Shown: positions 38,815-49,394, counted from the first letter of the stretch. The stretch: DNA of 64,000 bases from an uncultured Collinsella sp. (GCA_902479095.1 CABSNL010000001.1:73-64072), one strand, 5' to 3'. Numbers and translations: made by a program. The notes: generated from the letters alone by a model not told the origin.

Positions 38815-40979
38815 TACGACCCACCGCCCAAGGCACCCGCCAGCGTGGCGACATCGACGGTAAGTGGGATGGAACCGCCGCCGGGCAGCGGAATCTCCGC
38901 AAGCGTGAACACCGTGCCGCTGATGGTGCGCTCGACTTGATATTCCAGCGCCTCGCAAAGCGCCTTGGGATCGGTCACGCCCAGCGGAATACTTCGTAGC
39001 TTGTCCTGCGCATTAGAAAGACCTGTGATGTCAGACCCCGGGCTCTTGATGACGTTGGCGGTGTCGGTCAACACCGGCTTTCGCAGGCGCAAATCGCACG
39101 GTTCCAAGCCCAGCGCCGCCACGGACGCCGAAACGGTATCGCCGAGCCACGACGCAATGGAGCCCAGCGCGCCACTGTCCCCTCCCAGGTCATCGATCAT
39201 CTCATCCATAAGCTCGTCGGCCGAGCCCTGGATGTCTCCGTATCCCACAAGCAGCCGTCCCCAAACATCCATGACGTCATCGAGTACACCGGCAACGCCA
39301 CCCGAACGCTCCTCCAGCGTCGAGAAAAACCGCGAGAGAACGTTGTTCTGCGCCGTCGCGTCATCGGGCGCCAGCACCGCAGCAGAGATCGCGCCGCGAT
39401 CGCCAAGCCTGACTGTCGTGTTAAACGAAGAGTTGAGCTCATCGGGGCTCGAGATGGCACCCGAAACCGCAAGGGCAACCACGCCATTGCGGCCGGGCGG
39501 GGCGATACGCGGACGCTCGCCCGAAAGCGCTTTAATGGCCTCGTCAAACGCATTGCCCGCACGGTCTGCCTCGTCCTCGGTCTGGCGCATGAGCTCGAGC
39601 TCTTTGTTGCGGCATTCGACGTAGTCTTCCAGAGCGCCTTTGAACTCATCAAAGTGGTACTCGAAGCCGTTTTCGATAGAAGTCGAAGGAGCCGCAACGG
39701 CGCCGAGCGACGAAACACCAAAATGGCATCTGTTGCATTTGTCCTGCCCGTCATAAGCAGCGACCGAGGCTAGCCCGCCTGGCGTCCCTTTCTTATAGTT
39801 GGGGCAGCTCGTTCCATAATGCAGATACGTTTTGCCATCGTTGGTACTAGTTGGCCACGCCGCATCGGTATAGAGTTCCGTCGCTCGCACCTCGTCAGTG
39901 TTGCGCGGCAACAACGGAATATAGGAAGTGGTCCGGTCTCCGTCTTCGGTTATATATGCGCGATTGACCTCTGCGCTCGCATAGGTATAGAACGCCTTGC
40001 GCGCCGCCGACTCCGCCTTCGTCTCGACGCTTGAGCCTTGAGGCGCCTCGTTTGCAAGGCGCAAGCGGTAATAGGCCTTCGCGCGATCGAGCGCCACTTG
40101 CGGCTCCCATGTGACGCTCGAGGCATAGTGCGGATTCTCAATATCCGAAAGCTTCGCCAAACTCCTCGCGCGTTCCCACATGCATGAGCAACTGCCGACC
40201 GAAGCCGGATCCGACCCGCCGCAATCCGCAAGCCAGGCGCGCTCTTTTGCTTTCGCCGTCTCCTCCGAGGCCTTCTGCAGCTCATCTGCTGCGCGTTCCA
40301 GATCTTTCGATGTGTCTTTAATGACATCGGTCGAGATCTCGGACCCCTCGAGCGCAACGAAATCCGACTCGGACGTCTTGGGCACGGCAAGCGCCGTACC
40401 GGTATAGGTCGCACCCTCGGTATCCTGCGCCGACACGGCCTGCGTAGCTCGCGCGGCAACCAGATACGGTAGAGCCGTCTCGATTTTCTGCAGGCCCTTG
40501 GAGGCGCTTTTGGCAAACTTATTGCGCGTTTTAATGATCTCGATCCCCGTGTCGACCATATCGCCCGCGGCAAGCTCGGCACCCGGAATAAGGATGGCGA
40601 CCAAGCCGGTGCCGATCGTGGCAAACCCCGCTAGGCCCAAGCTCAATATGCTCGCATCCACCACTGTCGCAGCCGTATGGTAGGATGCCACCACATTGGC
40701 GCCTGCCAGCGCGCCGCTATCGGCAGCCGCCTGGGTGTCCCCCGCGCGCGACATGCTCCATATCGCTGCCGTCGACGAAAACAGCAACGTGAGCACCACC
40801 AAGATGACCACCGCAGAGGAGAGCGTGGTATAGGCACCGTCTTCGATAAACAGGTCGATCCCGGCTCGACCCATAAAGCCGCCTCGCTTGCAGCGAGCAC
40901 GCGGTCGGCAACGGCCCGCAAGCCCCCTCGTCACCTTCAACAGGCAGCGCTTAATCCCATGCAGCAATCCATGAATCAT
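38814..40979 (-). CDS. TadG-like large pilus-associated protein (start 40979 or 40874)
   Basis: EDGAYTT plus hydrophobic helix, then QAAADSGALAGA Tad-domain motif; Cys-rich segments. Confidence 0.7.
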   Translation of the reverse strand: MIHGLLHGIKRCLLKVTRGLAGRCRPRARCKRGGFMGRAGIDLFIEDGAYTTLSSAVVILVVLTLLFSSTAAIWSMSRAGDTQAAADSGALAGANVVASYHTAATVVDASILSLGLAGFATIGTGLVAILIPGAELAAGDMVDTGIEIIKTRNKFAKSASKGLQKIETALPYLVAARATQAVSAQDTEGATYTGTALAVPKTSESDFVALEGSEISTDVIKDTSKDLERAADELQKASEETAKAKERAWLADCGGSDPASVGSCSCMWERARSLAKLSDIENPHYASSVTWEPQVALDRAKAYYRLRLANEAPQGSSVETKAESAARKAFYTYASAEVNRAYITEDGDRTTSYIPLLPRNTDEVRATELYTDAAWPTSTNDGKTYLHYGTSCPNYKKGTPGGLASVAAYDGQDKCNRCHFGVSSLGAVAAPSTSIENGFEYHFDEFKGALEDYVECRNKELELMRQTEDEADRAGNAFDEAIKALSGERPRIAPPGRNGVVALAVSGAISSPDELNSSFNTTVRLGDRGAISAAVLAPDDATAQNNVLSRFFSTLEERSGGVAGVLDDVMDVWGRLLVGYGDIQGSADELMDEMIDDLGGDSGALGSIASWLGDTVSASVAALGLEPCDLRLRKPVLTDTANVIKSPGSDITGLSNAQDKLRSIPLGVTDPKALCEALEYQVERTISGTVFTLAEIPLPGGGSIPLTVDVATLAGALGGGS

Positions 40980-41451
40980 AATCTCCCTCCAGCCACTCGG
41001 GACGCGATCGATACGAGACGTCGACCTTAAGCTCGACATAGCCGTTTTGGCCTGCGCTACCCATAGCCTGCGCAAACGCACCGATCACGGGCAGCGGTTT
41101 AACCTCGCCGGTAACGGAAACGGACGAGACGCCGCCCGCATCGGCCCGACCAAGCTCGATATCCCACGACAGGGGCCCGCCGGCATGGAAAATCGAAACG
41201 TCGGGAACCGCGGCAAGACGGCGGCGGGCAAACTCCTTAATATCCTCGTCATCCCCCACCGTCGTCGTGGTCATGAGCCGCGCGGTCTCGGCGGCGGCAG
41301 ACTCCATGACCGCGCGTGTATAGAGCAGGCACACCGGCTGCAGCGCCAACAGGACGAGCGTCAGAAACGTCGGCAGTAGGAATGCCGCCTCGACCGTAGA
41401 CTGAGCCCGGTCCTCGCGCGCAACATCAATACAGCACGATGTCCTTAGCAC
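40951..41451 (-). CDS. tadE: TadE family pseudopilin
   Basis: RAQSTVEAAFLLP...AAAETAR motif. Confidence 0.78.
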   Translation of the reverse strand: MLRTSCCIDVAREDRAQSTVEAAFLLPTFLTLVLLALQPVCLLYTRAVMESAAAETARLMTTTTVGDDEDIKEFARRRLAAVPDVSIFHAGGPLSWDIELGRADAGGVSSVSVTGEVKPLPVIGAFAQAMGSAGQNGYVELKVDVSYRSRPEWLEGDYDSWIAAWD

Positions 41452-41644
41452 CCGCAGCAGCGTCGACAACCGATGTCGAGGTGACGCCGTGAGATGCCGT
41501 CCGCTCGACCAGCGCCGCCAAGCGCCCATCGGCACCGGCACGCCAAAGCCCTGCGATCGCCAGCACGATGGAAAGCAGTGCCACCGTGACGATGGCGTAT
41601 TCGACCGTTGCCTGGGCAGATTCCTCGCACAGGACATAATGCAT
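41426..41644 (-). CDS. small Flp/TadE-like minor pilin
   Basis: SAQATVEYAIVTVALL motif; 72 aa. Confidence 0.75.
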   Translation of the reverse strand: MHYVLCEESAQATVEYAIVTVALLSIVLAIAGLWRAGADGRLAALVERTASHGVTSTSVVDAAAGAKDIVLY

Positions 41645-41645
41645 T

Positions 41646-42209
41646 TCACGACCCCTCCTTTGAGTTCGTTGTCTGCGGGGTCAGGCGGACCACGCGCAGG
41701 CAACACGAAGTATCACCAGCATCCGCGGCAACCGTCACCATATCGACCCAGCCGCGTCCGTCACGCACGATGGCGCCCCACACGTTGCCCTTGATGTCGA
41801 GATAGCCGCTCAGAGCAAGTTGCGCCGTGGGCACCTCGCGATAGGCACGCAGCATATCCGCCGCCGCCTCGGTCATCGGTCGGCGCTCGGACCATGCGAG
41901 ACGAACAGCGACGGCATTGTTTGCAGATGAACCCGTTGCAGCGTCCGCTCGCTCGTCAAGTGCTTGCAAGAACGTTTGCGCCGTGACGGCGGCATTCGCA
42001 TCGGCCGCGTCTCGCGCATCGTCTATTTGAGACGCCGCAGCCGAACCCGATCCCGCATCCGCGGCAGCCCCTAAACGTTGTTGCCGTGCTGCGTTAAGCC
42101 CCCAAACCGCCACTGCCACCGCCACGACCGCACAGGCGAGCACCAGCAACGCGCCGACGGGACGGGCGCCCTCTACAGGCTGTTGATGCCCTCGCTGATA
42201 GCGCTCCAT
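41646..42209 (-). CDS. membrane-anchored hypothetical protein in the Tad operon (start uncertain)
   Basis: N-terminal TM, Ala-rich linker and C-terminal globular region. Confidence 0.65.
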   Translation of the reverse strand: MERYQRGHQQPVEGARPVGALLVLACAVVAVAVAVWGLNAARQQRLGAAADAGSGSAAASQIDDARDAADANAAVTAQTFLQALDERADAATGSSANNAVAVRLAWSERRPMTEAAADMLRAYREVPTAQLALSGYLDIKGNVWGAIVRDGRGWVDMVTVAADAGDTSCCLRVVRLTPQTTNSKEGS

Positions 42210-42406
42210 AAATCTTGGACCTTGCCCTTAAATGCGACGATGGCAATGATGGCAATCACCACGAGCACACCGACTAGGATGGCGTACTCGGTGGTGCCCT
42301 GCGCGCTCTCCTCCCGCAGCAGTTCTTCGGCACGCTGGCGAGCGTGAATTGACTGGCAAAACGCCAAGCTCCAGACCTTGTCAACAACGTCAGTCATCGT
42401 ATTCAT
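42173..42406 (-). CDS. flp: Flp family type IVc pilin
   Basis: AQGTTEYAILVGVLVVIAIIAI Flp motif; GGAGG SD. Confidence 0.88.
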   Translation of the reverse strand: MNTMTDVVDKVWSLAFCQSIHARQRAEELLREESAQGTTEYAILVGVLVVIAIIAIVAFKGKVQDLWSAISEGINSL

Positions 42407-42416
42407 GTATTCCTCC

Positions 42417-43058
42417 CTACATCATCCCGCCTGCTCCCAGCAGCGGGCCCAATATGGACAGAAGCAACGCCGGCAAGATGAGCGTGCCGGTGGGAATCAG
42501 CAGCTTGACCGGCGCACGCTCAATCTCGCGCTCGACCGCGGCGCGATGGGCCGCGCGAATCTCGCGACTTTGGGCCGCCAGCGTCTCGGCAAGCGGGGCA
42601 CCGAGAGCAAGCGCCTGCCCCGCTGTGATGGCAAAGGTCTCGAGCGCCCGCACATCCAGGTCGCGCGCGGCCGCCAGAAGCTCATCCTCTCGCGTCCCTA
42701 CGCCCACCCGCCATGCCATGCAGGCTCGCTCAAGGCGGAGCGCCAACGTCGATCGGCGATTGGCGCAAAAAACCTCAAGCGCCGCATCGAACGAAAGGCC
42801 GGCCGAAAGCCCCAGACGCACCACGTCGATCATCTCGGACACCTCGCCGAGCGACACCTGCGCCGTACCACCCGTGCCGAGCATGCCCCTCAACCGTGCT
42901 ACCAGGACATCGGTCACCGATCGGGCAGCCGCAACAACCAGCAGCGCCTCGCGTTTGCAGACCTGGGCGATCTTGCATGCGTCCGCACGATTGAGCCCTG
43001 TCACGATAAACACGCTGAGCGCGCACAGGCATGCCGCGACCCCGACCAGGGCGCTCAT
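42417..43058 (-). CDS. tadC: TadC (T2SS F family)
   Basis: GLSAGLSFDAAL, GAPLAETL and APVKLLIP..LILPA motifs. Confidence 0.85.
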   Translation of the reverse strand: MSALVGVAACLCALSVFIVTGLNRADACKIAQVCKREALLVVAAARSVTDVLVARLRGMLGTGGTAQVSLGEVSEMIDVVRLGLSAGLSFDAALEVFCANRRSTLALRLERACMAWRVGVGTREDELLAAARDLDVRALETFAITAGQALALGAPLAETLAAQSREIRAAHRAAVEREIERAPVKLLIPTGTLILPALLLSILGPLLGAGGMM

Positions 43059-43981
43059 AGCTCCACCCGCATAATGCGTCGGATGACCACCAGGGCGACG
43101 GCGTTGAGGGCAAGTCCCAGTACCACGGCACCGGCACCCGCCGGCGTTGCAAGGCCGCGGCGAAAGTCGGCCGAAAGCAACGCCAGCACCGCGCACATAC
43201 CCGCCGGCATCGCCGAGACCATGTGTGCCGACATACGAGCCTGCGATGTCTTGACGTCCAAGCGGCGCTTGAGCTCAATGCGCTCCCCCACCATGCTCGA
43301 CGCCTCGGACAACAGGTCGGCAAGCGGGGCACCGGTTCGCTGCGACACCTTGAGCGCCAAGGTGACAAGCGAAAGGCCGGGGGCATCGATACGGTCGAGT
43401 AGGTCATCCAACGCATCAGTCGCCGAGACGCCGCAGTCGATCGCCGTCGCCACGCGCAAAAACTCGGTATGCACCGGCTCTTGCGCGTGAGTTCCCACAA
43501 ACCTCATGCCCTGGGCCAGCGAATGACCCGAGGCGAGCGACATAGAGAGCGCCGTAAAGGCCTCGGGCATGGCTTCTTCCACATCGTGTTGCTCGCGGCG
43601 ACGGTCGAAAGTGTCGCGAGCGGCGCCTACGCCAAACGGCGCGAGCAGCCCCAGAACAAAGCCGATAGGCGACAGCGATACGACAGTCAGAACAATGCCG
43701 CAGACGCCACTCGATAGCAGCAAGCATGCCAGGCGCGCCTCATCATCCTCGACGACAAGGCCAAGGCGATGTGCTGGAATCAGCAGCGCCCAGGAGCGGG
43801 CAATCTTTTTTAGCAGGTCGTTTTCTACCAGCTCGCGCGGCAGCTTCTCGGCAACCGATTCAAGCACATGGCTGGCCAGCTCCGCCGGCGGCACGCGCGG
43901 CGCACGAGGCTCCGCCCCGCACGCCACCGCGGCAGAAAGCCCCGTCAAACCCCCTACGACGAGGGACACAACGATCTCCAC
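43055..43981 (-). CDS. tadB: TadB (T2SS F family)
   Basis: LASGHSL, QRTGAPLA and TSQARMSA motifs. Confidence 0.87.
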   Translation of the reverse strand: MEIVVSLVVGGLTGLSAAVACGAEPRAPRVPPAELASHVLESVAEKLPRELVENDLLKKIARSWALLIPAHRLGLVVEDDEARLACLLLSSGVCGIVLTVVSLSPIGFVLGLLAPFGVGAARDTFDRRREQHDVEEAMPEAFTALSMSLASGHSLAQGMRFVGTHAQEPVHTEFLRVATAIDCGVSATDALDDLLDRIDAPGLSLVTLALKVSQRTGAPLADLLSEASSMVGERIELKRRLDVKTSQARMSAHMVSAMPAGMCAVLALLSADFRRGLATPAGAGAVVLGLALNAVALVVIRRIMRVEL

Positions 43982-45282
43982 TCGTCCACCTCCTCTTGCG
44001 TGAGCGTTCCCGAGCGCAGGCCCTCTGCGATAAACGGAGGCTCGCGATCGAGCGTCCAGGCGCGCGTGGCGGCATCGAACGTCACGTAGCGCTCAAGCTC
44101 CACGCCGCCCGACGCGCCGCGTCGCACCCCCGAATAGGAGGACACGAAACGCCTGCCGTCCGCATGACGCTCGGACATCACGATGCCGTCGAGCGCCATG
44201 GCAATCTGCTCCTCGATAAGCTCGCTCGGCAGATCGATGCCATAGCGCGCAAGCAGCGTCAAACGCACCACGGTCTCCTGCTCGGTGCCCGCATGAAGCG
44301 TGGTGAGCGATCCGTCGTGCCCGGTGTTCATGGCCTGCAGCATGTCGCAACATTCCGCACCGCGCACCTCACCCACCACAATACGGTCGGGACGCATGCG
44401 CAGGGCGTTGGTCACCAGATCGCGGATTGTCACCGCGCCCTCGCCCTCAATTGAAGCCTCGCGTGCCTCCAGGCGAACCACATGCGGGTGATGCGCAAAC
44501 TTGAGCTCGGCGGAGTCCTCGATCGTCACGATGCGCTCGCCGGTGGATATCTCGCACGACAGCGCGTTGAGCAGCGTGGTCTTGCCCGATCCCGTGCCAC
44601 CTGCAACCGCCAGATCTTGACGCAGCGATACCGCACACGACAGCAGCTGCGCATACCAAAGCGGTAGCGACCCCAGGCCCACAAGCTCGTCCAATGAACA
44701 GATGCGGTCTGAAAACTTACGGATGGTGAGGATTGGCCCATCGATCGCCACAGGCGGAATCACCGCGTTGACGCGATAGCCCGTCTTGAGGCGAGCGTTG
44801 ACGATAGGGCTGCGCTCGTCGATGCGCCTGCCCAGCGGCGAGATGATGCGGTCGATGAGCACGCGGATTTGCTCATCGTCCTCAAACGCATGCTCGATGG
44901 GATATAAGACGCCGCCGCGCTCAAAGAAAGCCGAGCGACAACCGTTGACCATGATCTCGGTGACGGTGTCGTCCTCGATGAGCGGCTGCAGCGGGCCCAG
45001 ACCCACCACGTCATCCAAAATCTCGTCAATGATGGTCTCGCGCTCGGGCGTCGCCAGGTCGGTCGCCTCCTCCACGTTGAGCGCCGCCTCCACCGCAGGA
45101 CGCAATTCCGAGCGGGCACGCGCCGGATCGATGTATGCGCTGATACGCGCCACCTCGTCATAGCCCATGCGGTCCATCACGGCGCGTTTGGTGCGGCGCT
45201 TGACGGCACGGTGGCGTCCCGCATCAACAGGCACTGTCGCCGCGGCTGCACCGGCTTCCTTAATCCTTGTTTGCAGGCTCAT
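43954..45282 (-). CDS. cpaF: TadA/CpaF pilus assembly ATPase
   Basis: [32 protein letters not shown] and AMNTGHDG motifs. Confidence 0.95.
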   Translation of the reverse strand: MSLQTRIKEAGAAAATVPVDAGRHRAVKRRTKRAVMDRMGYDEVARISAYIDPARARSELRPAVEAALNVEEATDLATPERETIIDEILDDVVGLGPLQPLIEDDTVTEIMVNGCRSAFFERGGVLYPIEHAFEDDEQIRVLIDRIISPLGRRIDERSPIVNARLKTGYRVNAVIPPVAIDGPILTIRKFSDRICSLDELVGLGSLPLWYAQLLSCAVSLRQDLAVAGGTGSGKTTLLNALSCEISTGERIVTIEDSAELKFAHHPHVVRLEAREASIEGEGAVTIRDLVTNALRMRPDRIVVGEVRGAECCDMLQAMNTGHDGSLTTLHAGTEQETVVRLTLLARYGIDLPSELIEEQIAMALDGIVMSERHADGRRFVSSYSGVRRGASGGVELERYVTFDAATRAWTLDREPPFIAEGLRSGTLTQEEVDEWRSLCPSS

Positions 45283-46928
45283 CGCTGATCACCCTCGCGC
45301 GACCAGGGAAGGCGGATACGCGGGCGTTCGGTACGCGTTGCACGGTCGGCGACTATATCGCTCCAAGGGCCGACGGCGCACCCCAGTTCCACGAGCATCT
45401 CGCGCGTGGCCTCGCGCACGCTGGTCGCAAAAGCGCTCGTCTGACCCACTGCCTCGTCGGCGCGCCCAAACGCCATGAGCGCGGCGAGATCCTGCCCGCC
45501 ATCGGCGATACGAATCTTGGAGCTCAACGCACAGGCAATCTCAAAGCGCATGGCGACGTCCTCGTCTGCCCCGCGCGCACCGAACCGGTTGAACACGGCG
45601 CTCATGCGCGTGCGCGGCACACCTACTCGACTTGCCAGTTCAATGACGCGCGACGCCGATGTCGCGGACGACACCGCAGCATCGCCAACGACCAGGCAAC
45701 GGTCGCTCGCCGCCACCGCAGCCGCCACGGCGTCGCCCCAAAAGACCGAGGTATCGATAAAGACCACGTCGGATTCGCGACGCAAAACATCAAGCAGTAG
45801 CTCCACCGGACGTGCCATGAACTCGGCTTGCTCGGGCGCCGCAACGGGACCCCAGAGCGTAACGCCCGGCGCCACGCGCATCGATGTGGCTACGATATCC
45901 GGCTCGGTGAGCGCGCCCGCCGCCGCCGGCTCGATAAGTGCCGCCATATCGCGCGGAGCATCGACGCCTAACAAGTCGTAAAGGTTTCCAAACATCAGGT
46001 CCAGGTCGAGCACGGCGGCACGCAAGCCCAACAGCGACGATGTGTGTGCCATGGTGGCAACGATCGTCGACTTGCCGCAACCGCCCGAACCCGAAATGGC
46101 GCAGATGACCGGAGCTCGATGCTGCGGAGCGGCAGCGTCTGTCGGCGGCATCGGAGGCGGCGGGGCGGGCGTCGGCGACAGCGTCCCCGTCTCCCCCGCC
46201 GCAACCACACGCTGCGTCCAAGCCGGCATGGCGGCTTGTTCGGTCTGCAAGGCAGGCTCGTTCTGTGCAATCTGCTCATGCTGCATCAGCGACAACTCGC
46301 CGCACCCGGCAAAGCCCTCAACTTCGTCGAGCTCATCGGCCAGATTTACGCCGTGCACGTATCCCATATCTTCAGCCGGAACGTCATCGCCATACGGTAC
46401 CGGCCCTCCAGCGTCATCGTATGCAAGGGGGTCCCGGGGGCGCCGACCATGCTCGGCTTCCGCTTTTCCATATTCATCAACACGCGGGCCTCTTGTAGCG
46501 CGAAGCGCCCCGGGTTCCCTATCAACAAAAGCATCGGGCTCAATCGTCATGCGCCGATCGGAATCAACCGTTCCCTCGCCCGTGCGCCCGTTGCCGCACA
46601 AACTGTGCGCAGCGATGACCTCGGTCGCCCCCGCGCGAAACAGCCCTTCGATATCCGACGGGTCGAGCGTCTCGATCAACACGACGACGCGACTCACACG
46701 GCCCTCGGCCGTCAGGCGTGCAACGGTCTTCCGCACGTCTTCGGTATCGAACAGAGATGCCGCGATGATGGCGGCACCGCGGCGCGAGGGAAACGCCCGC
46801 GCCATGGATACCAGCCCGTCCAGATCCCCCACGCGAAGCACCTGTGCGCCCACATCGCGACCCTCGACTTCCTGCTGTAGCAGCCCGTAATCGCCGCACG
46901 CGCAGCACGCAAGCCAGATCGCCTTCAT
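45279..46928 (-). CDS. TadZ/CpaE-like ParA-MinD ATPase
   Basis: Degenerate receiver-like N-terminus, acidic Pro-rich linker, SGSGGCGKST and DLDLMFG motifs. Confidence 0.82.
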   Translation of the reverse strand: MKAIWLACCACGDYGLLQQEVEGRDVGAQVLRVGDLDGLVSMARAFPSRRGAAIIAASLFDTEDVRKTVARLTAEGRVSRVVVLIETLDPSDIEGLFRAGATEVIAAHSLCGNGRTGEGTVDSDRRMTIEPDAFVDREPGALRATRGPRVDEYGKAEAEHGRRPRDPLAYDDAGGPVPYGDDVPAEDMGYVHGVNLADELDEVEGFAGCGELSLMQHEQIAQNEPALQTEQAAMPAWTQRVVAAGETGTLSPTPAPPPPMPPTDAAAPQHRAPVICAISGSGGCGKSTIVATMAHTSSLLGLRAAVLDLDLMFGNLYDLLGVDAPRDMAALIEPAAAGALTEPDIVATSMRVAPGVTLWGPVAAPEQAEFMARPVELLLDVLRRESDVVFIDTSVFWGDAVAAAVAASDRCLVVGDAAVSSATSASRVIELASRVGVPRTRMSAVFNRFGARGADEDVAMRFEIACALSSKIRIADGGQDLAALMAFGRADEAVGQTSAFATSVREATREMLVELGCAVGPWSDIVADRATRTERPRIRLPWSREGDQR

Positions 46929-47587
46929 CACTCGTCGCCTCCGCTCTTTTTGCCGCGCGCCGTGGCGGGAATCGTCAAGCTGACCGTTCCCTTTCCCGAG
47001 GCTCCCAGCAATTCCTTGACATCTTCGGGGTCTGCCGCCAGCGTCACCCACTCGATCTTGCCTTCACGCGTGGTGCCGGCATCTTCGCTGGTATCAATCA
47101 CGTACGCGCCGCACAAACGATCGGTCACGCCATCTTTTTGCACGTACACATCCACATAGCTGCCCACGCCCGTGGCGCCGCCGACCGAGTGCTCGGCATC
47201 GACCGCCACCGAAACGGCAACCTTGCCTTTAGGCACCTCGAGCTTGTGGCTCTCGGCCTTGGTGTAGACATTGCAAATCACGGCGTTTTTGGGAATGCGC
47301 GAGGTCGTCACGTCGCCGCGCACCTGACGCAGCTCGGTCGCCGCATCACGCGGCAACAGACTCGCCAGCCATTCCTGAGTTATGACATTGGTCTCGTCGA
47401 GGGTCTCGCCCGCATCGATATCGCGCGCCGCGACGCACACCTCAACGCGGTCGCCGCCGTATTTTGCCAAAGTCTCGGCCTGGGCCTGCTCGGCTTGCGA
47501 GCGGATCGACGAGCCGTAGACCATGCAGAGCGCCGCGGCAAGCACGCCCGCGACCAGACTGATGGCGATGCGCTTGCTCTTGTTCAC
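46928..47587 (-). CDS. cpaB: CpaB/RcpC pilus assembly protein (SAF domain)
   Basis: N-terminal TM, VAARDIDAGE and VPKGKVAVSV..GSYVDV motifs. Confidence 0.85.
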   Translation of the reverse strand: MNKSKRIAISLVAGVLAAALCMVYGSSIRSQAEQAQAETLAKYGGDRVEVCVAARDIDAGETLDETNVITQEWLASLLPRDAATELRQVRGDVTTSRIPKNAVICNVYTKAESHKLEVPKGKVAVSVAVDAEHSVGGATGVGSYVDVYVQKDGVTDRLCGAYVIDTSEDAGTTREGKIEWVTLAADPEDVKELLGASGKGTVSLTIPATARGKKSGGDE

Positions 47588-47787
47588 GGCCGCTCCTCTC
47601 AAGGTAGCACCGGGCAAATGCCCGTACCACCATTGTCTGGGCGACCAGGGCGCAAAGCGGCGCAATCGCAATCTTGGTTTTACGTGTCAAACCAATTGCT
47701 GACCAAAAGCTGACCAGCCCGTCAAGCTCGTGGCAAGGTTTTGGTCAGAACGTCGGCAAAACGCATATTTCGAGGCGCTTTGGCAGC

Positions 47788-47822
47788 AAAAAAGCCGCCT
47801 CCCAAGCAGTTAGGAGACGGCT
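47788..47822 (-). terminator. terminator after rsgA
   Basis: AGCCG stem followed by a T run on the minus strand. Confidence 0.6.
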
Positions 47823-47839
47823 GTCATAGGAAAATTCAA

Positions 47840-49024
47840 TTACAGATGGACATCGGGGTCGAGCATTTGGGCACTCACGCGCATGGATGACGCCAGGTTT
47901 TGGAACGTCTCCAGGCGCAGGCTGTCGATCTGTCCCGCGTCCTCGGCCTCGCGAACGGCGCAACCCGGCTCGTGAGTGTGCGTACAATCGCCAAACCGGC
48001 ACGCACGCGACGCCTCGACGATCTCAGGGAAGGCACGCGCCAGACCCCGCTCATGCCCCACAAGCGGCAGGCTGCGCAGGCCCGGGGCATCGGCGATCAC
48101 GCCGGCGTCGCCCGGCAGCGCCACCATCACGCGCGCAACCGTGGTGTGGCGACCCTGGTCATCACGCTCGCGCACGCCGCCAGTGGCCAGTGCATCGTGG
48201 CCCAGCAGCGCATTGAGCAGCGTCGACTTGCCGGCGCCCGACTCGCCCAAGATCATGGCACAGCTCCCAGCCGGCACGCAGGCGCGAACCTCGTCCAGGC
48301 CGAGGCCCTCGGCAGAAGACGTCACGATCACGCGCACGTCCGGACCCACCAGACGGCGCACGCGGTCCAGATCGCGCTCGAGCTCATCGGCCTCGCAGCG
48401 GTCGGCCTTGGTGAGCACCACCACCGGCTCGGCATCGCAATCGAGCGCCAACACCAGTGAGCGCGCCACGCGATCGAGCAGCACCTCGCCGGCGCCGAGC
48501 GCCTGCACGATCAGCACGCTGTCAACGTTAGAGCAGAGCACCTGGCGCTCCCCGCGGGCACGGCCGCGCCAGCGCTCAAAGCTCGTACGGCGCGGCAGTA
48601 CGCACTCGATGACGCCCATGTCGTGCCCGGGAGCACGGCGAACCGCCACGCGGTCGCCCACGGCGGGCAGCAAGACCTCGTCCTCGCCACGCGACTTGGC
48701 AAACCCTACGGCATGCTCGGCACGAAACGTGTCATCGGCAGTCGCCACCAGCGGAAACCCGCGGTCCAGGCGCACCACGGCACCGAGCTGCATCTGCTCG
48801 GGCTCCTCGGCCTGGGCGCAAAAGTCGTCAAATGCAGCCTGCTGAGCCGCATCGACCGGCAGGTCATCGAACGCCGGAACATCCCGCAGCGCGTCAAGCC
48901 CCGGCACACTCGCCAGCAACTCCTCAGCAGACGCAGGGGCTTCGGTCGCAAGCTTCCGACGACGGTCACGCTTAGCCCGCGCCCCCGTCGTCTTTTTCTT
49001 CGCCTTAGCCTTAGCCTTAGCCAC
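47840..49024 (-). CDS. rsgA: ribosome small subunit-dependent GTPase A
   Basis: TKAD, GESGAGKST, GRHTT, DAPG and CRFGDCTH.HEPGC motifs. Confidence 0.94.
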   Translation of the reverse strand: MAKAKAKAKKKTTGARAKRDRRRKLATEAPASAEELLASVPGLDALRDVPAFDDLPVDAAQQAAFDDFCAQAEEPEQMQLGAVVRLDRGFPLVATADDTFRAEHAVGFAKSRGEDEVLLPAVGDRVAVRRAPGHDMGVIECVLPRRTSFERWRGRARGERQVLCSNVDSVLIVQALGAGEVLLDRVARSLVLALDCDAEPVVVLTKADRCEADELERDLDRVRRLVGPDVRVIVTSSAEGLGLDEVRACVPAGSCAMILGESGAGKSTLLNALLGHDALATGGVRERDDQGRHTTVARVMVALPGDAGVIADAPGLRSLPLVGHERGLARAFPEIVEASRACRFGDCTHTHEPGCAVREAEDAGQIDSLRLETFQNLASSMRVSAQMLDPDVHL

Positions 49025-49070
49025 AAACGCCTCCCAGCACCAAAAATCACAACTGAGCAGGTATTTTAAA

Positions 49071-49394
49071 TCAAAAAGAGCTGGCCGGGCAAAGCCCGAC
49101 CAGCTCACACACTTTCCCTCAGCCCTTTATCATCCGCACGGGAGAAAAGTCAGCAAGGATACCGCAGGGCCCGCCCGCCGGGAGGGGTTTCCTAAGGGCA
49201 CATCCTTTATTCAAAACGAGCGGCCGAGCAATTGCTCGGCCGCTCACCTTCTTTCCCTCAGCCCTTTTTCATCCGCGCGGGAGAAAAGCCAGCAAGGATA
49301 CCGTAGGGCCCACCCCGGGAGTGTTTTCTTCTGAGCGATCCCGCAGCGCGAAGCGCGAGGACCAGCGAAGAAGAAAACACGCAGGGGCGGGCCC
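49071..49394. repeat. tandem ~140-bp structured intergenic repeat
   Basis: Units start at 49071 and 49211, each a hairpin followed by CTTTCCCTCAGCCCTT...GGGAGAAAAG.CAGCAAGGATACCG.AGGGCCC. Confidence 0.8.
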
